Assembly (NCBI GenBank): GCA_036124005.1
Contig: JAZADD010000012.1
Location: forward strand, 1 to 53,306
Reading direction: 5' to 3'
Length of the DNA stretch: 53,306 nt
DNA from: Thermoplasmatota archaeon
GTDB taxonomy: Archaea > Thermoplasmatota > Poseidoniia > Poseidoniales > Thalassarchaeaceae
Shown: piece by piece, positions 38,901 to 47,726 of the stretch
Numbering within the stretch: position 1 is the first letter of the stretch
Layout: every line of letters starts with the position of its first letter
Program-made: the position numbers and the translations under genes
The notes under the pieces: generated by a model
Databases searched by the model: none
Seen by the model: the letters and a program-made list of their open reading frames with translations, nothing else
What the model was told of the DNA's origin: nothing

Positions 38901-41900
38901 TGCTGATTGGCGTTCAGCGACTATGATGATGCGCGCTCATACCGGTACTGATGTTACGATGACGGTAAATCTCGGTCAACGATCATGGTCGAGGACTATG
39001 TCGGCTGGTGATTTCTCCATGATTAGTATGAGCGGCGCTGAACTCCGTCAGGGTCAATCATCTTCCGTTGGACAATTGGTACTCGGCCCCTCTCATCAAA
39101 TGCCGCTTCGAGATGTTGTTTTTCAGATTACAGCGGATCAGGAGTTTACGGGTTCAGTAACCTTGCTTAGAGTGGATCAGCACATAATCTCAAACATATC
39201 CAATCTCGGCCCTTCAATAGAGAATTACCGTCTCGCAGAAATAGCTAATGCAGCATCTTCAGGGTCTAATCTTTCCTCCAAGCTGCCTATTCCAGTTCAA
39301 ATCGCACAAGAAGGTGGTGGAGGACTGATTCTCGATGGCCATGTAATACAGAGTCCTCTCATGACTGATGAAATCCTCCTTCATCCTACTACAATTGTTC
39401 CAGAGGTATCCTTTGATGTCGTGACTGAGCATCACCACCTTTTCGATGTAGATGAAATCGATAGAATCCATCTTGAATTGGAGATTAGTGGAATTTCATC
39501 TCGACCATCCTTCGTTCTTGATCCGTTGAATATAGAATCGGTTCAAACAATCGAGTCTTCAGGATTCACGATTTCCACTCCTATAGTGGAGCATCGCCCT
39601 TTCAGCTACCGTATTACTTGGCCCTTGACTATGGATTGGAGTATTGATGATGCGGAGTGGGTCAGAATTCATGCGAAAGCCTTCGATTCATTGAACCGGA
39701 CTTGGGGGCCTGATGTAGCGACCATAGGTCTTGGTGGATTGAATGGAATTGAAAACGATATGGAAATAGTTGGCTTAACTGCTGTTGACTCACTTGATCG
39801 TAGCCTCATGGATTCAGGTGTATACGGATATCCTCTTCATCTCAGTCCTCTCTCACCAATAGAGGTGAGCGGATTGGTAAGGTTTGAGGGCATAGTAGGA
39901 GATATTCCCGAATCTTCTGCTGCGGTGGCTGTAACGATTGAGATGGAGGATTATAATTGGTCTTTCCCGGCAGGTCCTGTCGAGACTGATGGTTCATGGT
40001 CTGCGATTATCTCTATTCCTGATGTTGAGGGTGGATCATCTGAATCTGTTTGGAATATCAGCGCTCGTATGACACGGGTAGGCCCGGCTCAAGAGATTCG
40101 CAACCAAGCTTTGGATAACACGCTAATAGATCGCCCGGGCCAGTTCCGGATTGATCGAGGTGCACCTTTGATTGGGCGCCTTCTTGCTGATATTAGTGGT
40201 ATACAACGTCCTCTCGACCAAGACATTTGGTCGTTATCACGTCCTTTGGTGATGAGTGTAGAGGTTGACGAGGATGAATCACTTTCCCGTACAATCCAAA
40301 TCCATTCATGGATTGAGAATACTAACGATCTAGATGGAGATGGAATCCCTCAACCCGATGAATACAATTCTCGTCCTATTGCCGTTCCATTCAATGCTCA
40401 TGAAATCGGACGAATTGATCTTGGTATTTTGGATATAACTATGGGTGCCGATGGAGCAATTGTATCCGTCTATTTGACAGGATTGGATGCCTCTGGACGC
40501 TCGTTCATCGGGGGAGGTAGCCCTGGTCTCCACGCTGATCTTGCAACCTTTACACTCGCTGAAGATCGGCCGACTCGTATAGAAAGAAACGAGATATCCA
40601 TGGATCATATCGAGGGTTCCCTCTTACATGCCTCAACTCATACGGTGAGCCTTGTAGTAGAGGATGAGAACGGCTTCACATCTATTGACGAGATTCATTT
40701 TTGGCTATCTGGAGCAGGTGAAGAAGCCGGCCATTTGCTATATCGTCCCCTCCTTGGAGAATTGTTAGCACCTGCAAGCAGCACTCTCATACCGATGGGT
40801 AGTGAGTTCATACCAAGCGATTCTTCGGGGAATCGTGGATTGTTGAATCTCAGTTTTGCTATTGGAGAAAATGCTCCGTTTGACTGGACTTTGTCCAGCA
40901 GTGTGCCTAGTATCACAGTAATTGAGGATGAACAGACTCTAGATTTAGGTCTCCTAACTCTTGCTGATCTTACTTGGATCTTAGATCAGCGAACATCTTG
41001 GCAGGTAATCGAAGTTCAAGATCTAACTGCTCCATTCGGTCGCATCAATTCCGGCGTTATACACGCATGGGATGGAGATGCTCTATTGTGTCGACTTCAG
41101 ATGGTACATGAGCGTAATGGAGCTCCACTTTCGGCTCCACCTGTGGGCCGCAATGTCTTGGTAGACCCACATTTTGATGATAATCTTGAGACAACCCCTG
41201 GAGTCACTGTTAATGGTACAGTCGATGAGAATGGCATTGTCGAATTCGTCGTCGTTCTTCCTCAGATGGAAATCGATTCTGAAGGCGTAATTCGTATTCG
41301 TTTGGACTCTACGGGGCAAATTGCATGGGGTAGCCATGACATCGACGTTGTTGTCGATCGCACAGCCCCTCGAATTGAATTCCTTCAGACCAGTTTGGCT
41401 GCAGTCCAGACAAATGGTCTCAAAACACAACAGGTATCCTTCTCTATTCTTGATGAAGGAGGGGTTGCTGAGGAGGAGATTGATTTACATTGGACTTTCA
41501 GGCGATTTGGAGTTGATTTACCCGGTTCCGTGGGTTACGAATCGATTGGTCCGGTTCAGCGACAAGGCCCGGTCTATGGTGTATCTGAATCCGTTGATAT
41601 TTCCACAATTGATCCAGCGAATCTTGAGGATGGGGACCAATTAGTAGTCTGGTTGACGTTTACAGATCTTGCTGGCAATCCTGTAGAAGGTATTGGAAGC
41701 CAGTACGAGCCACGGGCACCTGTTCTCAGAGTGGTTTGGTTTGATCCTAAGATTGAACCCATTTCCGTTAATCCTCAGCCTGCACATCTCAACCGTTTTG
41801 TAGATGTCAATCTATGGATTCGTGATACTGGAAATGAAGGTGGATCAGTCGAAGTAACTCTCTTGGCTTGGAAGCAAGATGGTCCAATTGAACGATGGAT

Positions 41901-42303
41901 TGAGCAGAATCGAACTACGATTGAATTGATGCCTGGAGGTTCTGTTCGTGAATCTTTTGAGGTGGAAACATGGGCAGTTGGTCAAATGCTCTTACTTGCA
42001 GTCCTTGATGGTGACATCGAGAATGGAACTATGATTCCAGCCATCGAGGTGGTGGACCCCGATTCTCAACGTGGCTTTTTTGATTCTGTTGTTGAAGGAG
42101 ATTTGAATTCAATTGGCTTACTTGTGATAGTGTTCACAGGCTTTGGTTTCCTTATTGGTATAGTTGTGCAAAGAAATCCTGCTGCAGAGGATTGGGATGA
42201 CGATGATGAAGATGACATACCGTTACCAGAAACCCCACCGGCTCGACCTAAATCTTGGCCGGCGCCTCCAAATCGATTTCCAGACGATGATGATGAGGAA
42301 TAA
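35938..42303 (+). CDS. Giant membrane-anchored extracellular protein (repeated jelly-roll/Asp-box modules, Ig-like stalk)
   Basis: 2121 aa; signal peptide; SFDGGSNW, STDGINW, STDHGHSW motifs; C-terminal TM plus acidic/Pro-rich tail. Confidence 0.85.
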   Translation: MDPTRGKASALSLVALMVMMSLGPMASVVSAGDVPWTGPGSMLLDDATVEGFSIETNGTVTNAWVTVDSDGSDIFTVPSWESDVPGRNFSHGSHHNASSSLFTGDLSLSNADNHGRIHDFENLHRRFEAWVPGGTTSVWEITDVSTLNGTVVNINNSVGQSMTARTNGGGHAPRFASDGTFVAMTQPNLGISPGTHSWLTGPDWTLPAHVENLTFTMDHWFHLWTDSDEAGAGAGAWVEVSFDGGSNWSWIEPEQGYGNTVSTSAPIPNGANGSGFPAWASINASGWVRSSFVLDEHPDIVNASTFRFRLVVWTPITQSIDRPGWFVDRLQVSNDGYAPGAWFHGNLNGEYAADANAALVMEADLSSVNGPIVLQYAADFDMEGDIYDNWHVEMSTDGINWTGITPLIGLPGHGVYVNGTTIIDDSNGWVSLQHAIPNGYNTTVSIRFRFQSDPTGGTGFGGLTIDPPEGLMLDDVRIVEISGQTEIEHAVWRFNDTSTANHSSVVLGKVNQWRHISNQGMNGPWAETESFEDAKLLPIDWNIRTEAGYGWEFGELNSTGPDPTSFPGGGNGAGILLNAAYRQNSYSHLESPSIPIPYGSRATLRFDHFICAESGWDGGALYISTDHGHSWSHFGSHIVDWYDSMQYNNTLSPFYGQMAWDGSRVKGGGCGTNTSFVTKTADMSHLAGQSVMLRFTFFSDTYFESSGWYVDNVGITVDVFRENGTWTSPLIQAPDSLGWGSVDVLGSVPNRTSVKASILDSQGIPILGMENRSLPVHLADLYGLTSFNSSLGIHVRIEMETMDEHRTPRIEQVAINGSRFLTGQAASATGWDVSPPLIVHEVEGRIENPTFMTHRVEGPTIVSERRIESFYLESISAGVMIEVFADGISVHSSMINNGTVSLFRPATTLAFVLDFQPGSDLEQLIVYPHLTTPSFGPEIDVLSDGFVEWSWPADDSDNALPYGLTQGSSLESNASSINGTIRMSLVDNADWRSATMMMRAHTGTDVTMTVNLGQRSWSRTMSAGDFSMISMSGAELRQGQSSSVGQLVLGPSHQMPLRDVVFQITADQEFTGSVTLLRVDQHIISNISNLGPSIENYRLAEIANAASSGSNLSSKLPIPVQIAQEGGGGLILDGHVIQSPLMTDEILLHPTTIVPEVSFDVVTEHHHLFDVDEIDRIHLELEISGISSRPSFVLDPLNIESVQTIESSGFTISTPIVEHRPFSYRITWPLTMDWSIDDAEWVRIHAKAFDSLNRTWGPDVATIGLGGLNGIENDMEIVGLTAVDSLDRSLMDSGVYGYPLHLSPLSPIEVSGLVRFEGIVGDIPESSAAVAVTIEMEDYNWSFPAGPVETDGSWSAIISIPDVEGGSSESVWNISARMTRVGPAQEIRNQALDNTLIDRPGQFRIDRGAPLIGRLLADISGIQRPLDQDIWSLSRPLVMSVEVDEDESLSRTIQIHSWIENTNDLDGDGIPQPDEYNSRPIAVPFNAHEIGRIDLGILDITMGADGAIVSVYLTGLDASGRSFIGGGSPGLHADLATFTLAEDRPTRIERNEISMDHIEGSLLHASTHTVSLVVEDENGFTSIDEIHFWLSGAGEEAGHLLYRPLLGELLAPASSTLIPMGSEFIPSDSSGNRGLLNLSFAIGENAPFDWTLSSSVPSITVIEDEQTLDLGLLTLADLTWILDQRTSWQVIEVQDLTAPFGRINSGVIHAWDGDALLCRLQMVHERNGAPLSAPPVGRNVLVDPHFDDNLETTPGVTVNGTVDENGIVEFVVVLPQMEIDSEGVIRIRLDSTGQIAWGSHDIDVVVDRTAPRIEFLQTSLAAVQTNGLKTQQVSFSILDEGGVAEEEIDLHWTFRRFGVDLPGSVGYESIGPVQRQGPVYGVSESVDISTIDPANLEDGDQLVVWLTFTDLAGNPVEGIGSQYEPRAPVLRVVWFDPKIEPISVNPQPAHLNRFVDVNLWIRDTGNEGGSVEVTLLAWKQDGPIERWIEQNRTTIELMPGGSVRESFEVETWAVGQMLLLAVLDGDIENGTMIPAIEVVDPDSQRGFFDSVVEGDLNSIGLLVIVFTGFGFLIGIVVQRNPAAEDWDDDDEDDIPLPETPPARPKSWPAPPNRFPDDDDEE

Positions 42304-42345
42304 CTTCGCAACCCTCAAGCGTGATGCCGTTTGAACGAAGCATGC

Positions 42346-42427
42346 GCAGGGGTACCCGAGTGGTCAAAGGGGGCGGGCTCAAGATCCGCTGCAGAATGCT
42401 TCGCAGGTTCGAATCCTGCTCCCTGCA
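42346..42427 (+). tRNA. tRNA-Leu(CAA)
   Basis: GCAGGGG...GCGGG-CTCAAGA-TCCGC, variable arm, GTTCGAATC, TCCCTGC-A. Confidence 0.96.
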
Positions 42428-42438
42428 CTCTCTACAAA

Positions 42439-42918
42439 TCAGTTGCAGCCGCAGCCTGGGCCGCAATCATCCGGGAGCTCTTGCTGAGTTGCATCTCGTA
42501 CATCCATAACTTCGACATTGAAGGTAAGTGTCTTTCCAGCCATTTGGTGGTTGAAATCAATTGTAATCTCATCTCCGTTGATTTCAGAGATTGTCAAGGG
42601 CATTGGACCTTGATCAGTTTGTGTCATCATCATAAGTCCTGGTTTGAGATCCAAATCCGGTGGAAACTGGTCTCGTTTAACCTTCATAATTGCAGCATCG
42701 TCACGCTCCCCATAGGCTCTCTCAGGTGGTAGAGTGAATTCACGAGTTTCACCAGCCGCAGCGCCCATTAACTCCTCTTCAAACCCTGGAATCATTCTTT
42801 TATGTCCGACGAGAAAAGTCATCGGTTCACCATCTCGGCTGCTGTCGAATACTTCTCCATCAGGAAGAGTTCCAGTGTAGTGGACGGTAGCCACTGTGTC
42901 CTTCGCGATTGCGCTCAT
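42439..42918 (-). CDS. slyD: FKBP-type peptidyl-prolyl isomerase, SlyD-like
   Basis: VHYTG, FDSS, IPGFEE, AYG, DFNHQMAGKTLTF; tail DDCGPGCGCN. Confidence 0.93.
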   Translation of the reverse strand: MSAIAKDTVATVHYTGTLPDGEVFDSSRDGEPMTFLVGHKRMIPGFEEELMGAAAGETREFTLPPERAYGERDDAAIMKVKRDQFPPDLDLKPGLMMMTQTDQGPMPLTISEINGDEITIDFNHQMAGKTLTFNVEVMDVRDATQQELPDDCGPGCGCN

Positions 42919-42976
42919 GAGTATAGGCCAACATTACTTCTTATTGAAGGAGAGGGTGAATCGAGGTTTTATTTCC

Positions 42977-44011
42977 TCAGATAATTGTCACACCTTCATC
43001 GTCGTCGGACTCAAGTGTCTCAATCAACCGAGTTACAATGTTCTCAAATGCTGAAGCAGCAGCTCCATCTGGTTCTGAGATGATTCGGTGTACTCCATCA
43101 TCTCCCCCTCGGACGAATCCTGGATCAAATGGTAGCGACCCAAGGAAAGGCACATCCATCTCTTTGGCTGCCGCTTCACCTCCGCCCGATTTGAACAAGT
43201 CAAGGTTCACAGTCCATTCTCCGTCGTTCCCTGTCACAGTCTCGATAGTTTGTCCAGATGGGCCGGCTACATCGATGTTGATTTTTCTGAGTGGTTCACC
43301 ATCGCTATCTCTTGCCGTTCCCGAGAGTGAATAACCACGCATATTTTCGACGACGCCTAGTACGGGGAGATTGATAGTTTTCGAGAAGTTGATGCTCTTT
43401 CTAGAATCAAGCAAAGCGACGTCTTGAGGTGTCGTAACAATAACGACACCATCCATGTCAGGCAAGGACTGGGTCACAGTCAATGGTTCATCACTGGTTC
43501 CTGGTGGGAAGTCAATGATGAGATGGTCAAGTTCGCCCCAGGCAACATCTCCGATGAATTGCTGAATAGCACCGAGTTTGATAGGTCCTCTCCAGATTAC
43601 CGGTTTGTCAGGATCCTCAAGAAGAAAGGCCATCGAAATGACCTTCACACCATGAGGGCCAATTGCGGGATGGATTTGTCCATCTTCAACGTGGAGTTGT
43701 ATACCTTCAAGGCCAAGCATTTTGGGAACATTTGGACCAGTGATGTCGATATCGAGAAGACCGACCTTGAGGCCCATGCGAGCGAGTGCGAGTGCGAGAC
43801 CTGTAGCGACTGTGGATTTGCCAACCCCTCCTTTTCCAGAGAGTACCATAAATTTGTGACGAACACCTTCCGCGAGTTGTGACATCCGCATCTTTCGCCG
43901 CATTTGTTGGTATGCTTGCTCCATCTGTGCTTTCTGTTCTGCATTCACCGGTGCATCTTCGCCCCCATCATTGTCAGAGGGGTTGTGGGTAGATACTGGT
44001 GAATCTGCCAT
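42977..44011 (-). CDS. mrp: Mrp/NBP35 (ApbC) family P-loop ATPase lacking the CxxC motif
   Basis: SGKGGVGKST, DIDITGP, VIWRGP, DFPPGTSD, VTTPQ, GVVENM. Confidence 0.9.
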   Translation of the reverse strand: MADSPVSTHNPSDNDGGEDAPVNAEQKAQMEQAYQQMRRKMRMSQLAEGVRHKFMVLSGKGGVGKSTVATGLALALARMGLKVGLLDIDITGPNVPKMLGLEGIQLHVEDGQIHPAIGPHGVKVISMAFLLEDPDKPVIWRGPIKLGAIQQFIGDVAWGELDHLIIDFPPGTSDEPLTVTQSLPDMDGVVIVTTPQDVALLDSRKSINFSKTINLPVLGVVENMRGYSLSGTARDSDGEPLRKINIDVAGPSGQTIETVTGNDGEWTVNLDLFKSGGGEAAAKEMDVPFLGSLPFDPGFVRGGDDGVHRIISEPDGAAASAFENIVTRLIETLESDDDEGVTII

Positions 44012-44104
44012 GATACTACGATGCGAGTACATTACTTCAATCCGTGTGATGATTCAATACAATATATTGGAACGATTCATATCAGGTGATACAGAAGATT
44101 GGCC

Positions 44105-44467
44105 ATGAACCTCTTATTCGTATGTGTTGGCAATACCTGTAGGAGTCAAATGGCGGAAGCCTTGGCTCGACATTATGGCCATAATGCAGCATCCGCTGGC
44201 ACTCATCCTGGCACTGCTGTAGCTGCGAATTCTCTAACGGTACTGGAAGAATTAGGAGTTAGTACTGATGGACTAAGGCCAAAATCCGTTGATGAAATTG
44301 ATACTGAAGGGTGGGATATGATCATCAGCATGGGTTGTGGAGTTGAATGTCCAATGTTGCCAATTGCAGAGGATTGGGGTCTAGAAGACCCAGTTGGATT
44401 GCCCATCGAAGTATACCGAAATACCAGAGACACCATCATTGAGAACCTAGAGAGGCTCTCCACATAG
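44105..44467 (+). CDS. Low-molecular-weight phosphatase / arsenate reductase (ArsC) family protein
   Basis: CVGNTCRSQMAE P-loop, SAGT, CGVECP, WGLEDP. Confidence 0.9.
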   Translation: MNLLFVCVGNTCRSQMAEALARHYGHNAASAGTHPGTAVAANSLTVLEELGVSTDGLRPKSVDEIDTEGWDMIISMGCGVECPMLPIAEDWGLEDPVGLPIEVYRNTRDTIIENLERLST

Positions 44468-44511
44468 TTAACCGATGGATAGAAGAATGCGGGCCATTTC
44501 GATGACACGCC

Positions 44512-44583
44512 GCGAGTGTAGTGTAGTGGTTATCACCCGACGTTGCCAACGTCGGAACCCGGGTTCAAATCCCGGCACTCGCA
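44512..44583 (+). tRNA. tRNA-Gly(GCC)
   Basis: GCGAGTG...CGACG-TTGCCAA-CGTCG...GTTCAAATC...CACTCGC-A. Confidence 0.96.
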
Positions 44584-44620
44584 TTCCAAATTGATTCTTA
44601 ATGAGGATTTAATGAGAAAT

Positions 44621-47600
44621 TCATAGTGCCTCATCGCTGAACTCGGCCCCTCGAAGGCTGACGAATACGCCAACTCCTCCAATCGCAAGAAGTGCAATTA
44701 TTGCAATCATCACGAGAATACCAGTTTGAATAGTCCATCCACCCACTATTTCTGAATCTGTATCAGAGAGGGTAACCGAGAAGATGCGGTCATCACCAGG
44801 TGTAGGCTCAAGGAAGTTGTCAATTCCTCGGATTTCGATATCCATTGTTCCTATGGGCATAGTGGAACGTGTCATCACTGCGACACTGTAATTCCCATCA
44901 CCTGCCACTAGATCTCCGTTGGTTCCATCATCGACAAGTCGAGTCCAATCGTCGCCTTCTCCAATAGCTGCTAAGGTACCGAGACGTGCTTGGACCGCTG
45001 AAATACCATCGGGGTCTGTGACGTGAATGGAGATAATGTGTTCAATCGAATCCTCTCCAACATCAGGTACGAGAAGGGCATCTACGGCTTTAGCATCTCG
45101 AAGGATCACTAAATCATTGAGAGCTGGCCCCTCATTTAGAATAGTGAACTGGGGCGCGGTTTCACTGCCCCCTGAAAACCCTGTAATGAAATCGGTTATT
45201 CGACTTGCACCTTCTTCATCGACGAGAGTAAATGTCAATCGATTGAGTCCAGGAGACATCCCTGGTGGAACTACAATAGAACCCGACCATTTTCCATTAG
45301 CGCCTTGTACTAAATTGGTCAAATTTCCACCTTTGCTTTGCAAATCAATTGATACGGATGCAACACCATGGAGATCCTCGGCTTCAATTGTGACGTCCAT
45401 TGAATCGCCTCTTCGGACTACTTGTGGTTCATACTCCACGCTTTTCAGACGTGGAGCAAAATTGTCAATCGTGACATTATCTTGATCGACAATTGTAGAC
45501 CATCCATCCGAGATAGTTACGTTCAGATTGAATTCGCCATATTCTATTCCAAGATGTTGGATATGTGCTGTCCATATGTCGTCATGGACTGTGTCATCAC
45601 CGTCTGATCCGATGTCGTTTAACACCACGGTTCCGAGGCCAATTGAAGATAAATCAACCTGGACTGATTTAACGTTCCAATCAGGGTCTGATACGACGAC
45701 TTCGATATGAGCTTCTCCACCTTCAGCGTTCAACCTACCTTCTTGGAAGCGAACCTCTTCTAGAGTCGGTGGTGTATTCTCTGCTTCAGTAACTATAGAT
45801 GGAGCGAGAATCCGTTCAAGTGCTTGTGTTTCTGTGAATGTGAGGTTTGTTTCTTCAAGTTCAATTTCAACTTGTCTTGTTACATTAGCGATAAGTCCGG
45901 CTAGGATACCTTCGTTGATGATACTCCCTGTAGCAATCCCACCTTCTTCGAAAGTACCGTTCCAGATTGTTACAGGGAGTACATGTCCATCGAGGTTAAC
46001 GGTCGAGACAGACACTGCTTCTACATGCAGAACTAAGGTGTCGCCTGTATCAAGAGTTAATGCGTCACCAGGTACTAGAGTCGCCGGTGCGTATCCAAGT
46101 TCCCGACTGATGTTAACACTCCCTAAAATGGACTCGTTGGAAGGTTCGGGTAAGTCCTGAGGGATAGGACTGCGTTCTGGATACTCATTGTTGACTTGCC
46201 CCCCGTCTTCGACGTATCGATATCGCACAGTTCTGTTTCGCCAGTGTTCCTCAGGAACTTGATAATCGAAGGTGAGATTATGTTCAGCCTCGATATCAAG
46301 ATTTGATCCAATACCTGTAACTTGGGTGATGTTCAGCCATGATTCGCTTCGAATAACGTTCACATCGAAGGTTTCACCAGTTGCATTTTGTTGAGGTCCT
46401 TGTTCGACTATTTCGACAATTAGGCCAATCCTTCCGTCGATATCTCCGCTGATATCTCCATCCATATGGATTGTGTTTACGGTTGTCAAACCGTTCTGAG
46501 ATTCAAGCCAGAATACAGGCACTGTTCCGTTCACGACGATGGTTGCTCCATCTTCAGATTCAGCAAAGTCGAAACTCCCATCTCCTTTGATTCTTGAGAG
46601 TTGTTCGATTTGTTCTCCATCCTCCCATCGTTCGACAAGAATGAATTCATCGAGATCAATTTGGAATCGATCGTTGTTATCGATAAGGAGCATTTCTGCG
46701 AATGCTTCGAGTCTGTAATTCGAGTTTGTGACTTGCCCATCTACGGTTTCAAGTTCGAAGAGGAAGACTGCTACCTCTCCAGTGATATTGATTGATTCCC
46801 CATCGTTAGCTCCGTTTGAGTTTAGATTCCCACTGCCCTCAATTCGAACGGTTTCTGATGGGATTCCGTTAGCGATAGTTCGTACTATGTAGGAATCCCT
46901 AACATCGATATGTGCGACGGTCTCAGAACCTATTTCATCGACTAGGATGAAGGTTGTCGAGCCGTTACCATGCATCTCAAAGGTTTGCTCGTTGAGTACA
47001 GTATCAGTCATTGTCTCATTCAACCAGACACGGCTGAGTTCGAGCTCAGTTTCAGTTCGAGTATCACCGTCATCGGTGATAATGGTAATATTCCCTGAAC
47101 CGAGTTCATTAGCGGTCAGAAGGTTACCGTCACGTTGTTGCCAACCTTGTCCAACAAAATCGAGATAATATTCTTCGTTAGATACGCCGTTTTGTTCAAG
47201 ACTCCAAGAAGTTGCACGTGTTATTTCGTGATCTGCAGTTGGTTGATTCCAATAGGTGACTTCTATGGCCCTTGAACACAATGTTGTGCGTTGTTCTAGT
47301 GGAGTTAGGTTCGATTCTGCTCCAATTACATCGATTAGGATTGTCTCGGATAGATTCACGCCGGTGGGTAGCACAATGCGGTGTTCACTTAGGTTCAGAT
47401 CAATTGTGGAATTATCCTGATGAATAACATTCGTAGAATTTTCGTGAGACCATTTAATTTCAGCCCATTGGATATCGATAGATGTTGAACCGTCGAATAC
47501 AATTCGGTAGGCGTGCTCGAAGGAGACACCATCACTCCAATCAACAAATACAGTGCAGGGGTTTTCAGCACTCGCATCCTCAGCGGAGAGTAGCGTTTGT

Positions 47601-47656
47601 GGCGAGAGCCCCATTGCTAGGATTCCGACCATGAGAAGCGCAATGCTTCGGCGCAT
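44621..47656 (-). CDS. Large acidic surface protein with Asp-rich 'L.D.G..GD....D..[WY]' modules (choice-of-anchor X-like) and C-terminal TM
   Basis: Signal peptide MRRSIALLMVGIL; LNDIGSDGDDTVHDDIWT and LVDDGTNGDLVAGDGNYS; terminal TM. Confidence 0.8.
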   Translation of the reverse strand: MRRSIALLMVGILAMGLSPQTLLSAEDASAENPCTVFVDWSDGVSFEHAYRIVFDGSTSIDIQWAEIKWSHENSTNVIHQDNSTIDLNLSEHRIVLPTGVNLSETILIDVIGAESNLTPLEQRTTLCSRAIEVTYWNQPTADHEITRATSWSLEQNGVSNEEYYLDFVGQGWQQRDGNLLTANELGSGNITIITDDGDTRTETELELSRVWLNETMTDTVLNEQTFEMHGNGSTTFILVDEIGSETVAHIDVRDSYIVRTIANGIPSETVRIEGSGNLNSNGANDGESINITGEVAVFLFELETVDGQVTNSNYRLEAFAEMLLIDNNDRFQIDLDEFILVERWEDGEQIEQLSRIKGDGSFDFAESEDGATIVVNGTVPVFWLESQNGLTTVNTIHMDGDISGDIDGRIGLIVEIVEQGPQQNATGETFDVNVIRSESWLNITQVTGIGSNLDIEAEHNLTFDYQVPEEHWRNRTVRYRYVEDGGQVNNEYPERSPIPQDLPEPSNESILGSVNISRELGYAPATLVPGDALTLDTGDTLVLHVEAVSVSTVNLDGHVLPVTIWNGTFEEGGIATGSIINEGILAGLIANVTRQVEIELEETNLTFTETQALERILAPSIVTEAENTPPTLEEVRFQEGRLNAEGGEAHIEVVVSDPDWNVKSVQVDLSSIGLGTVVLNDIGSDGDDTVHDDIWTAHIQHLGIEYGEFNLNVTISDGWSTIVDQDNVTIDNFAPRLKSVEYEPQVVRRGDSMDVTIEAEDLHGVASVSIDLQSKGGNLTNLVQGANGKWSGSIVVPPGMSPGLNRLTFTLVDEEGASRITDFITGFSGGSETAPQFTILNEGPALNDLVILRDAKAVDALLVPDVGEDSIEHIISIHVTDPDGISAVQARLGTLAAIGEGDDWTRLVDDGTNGDLVAGDGNYSVAVMTRSTMPIGTMDIEIRGIDNFLEPTPGDDRIFSVTLSDTDSEIVGGWTIQTGILVMIAIIALLAIGGVGVFVSLRGAEFSDEAL

Positions 47657-47726
47657 GGTTTGGATTCCTCTCCGGTCCGTATTCAATCCATTGGGGGTAT
47701 GATCCTAATGATGGACGTGATGACGC

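Noticed and set aside
42248-42732. Short ORFs spanning tRNA-Leu and slyD
   Set aside because: Explained by the tRNA and by the antisense strand of slyD.
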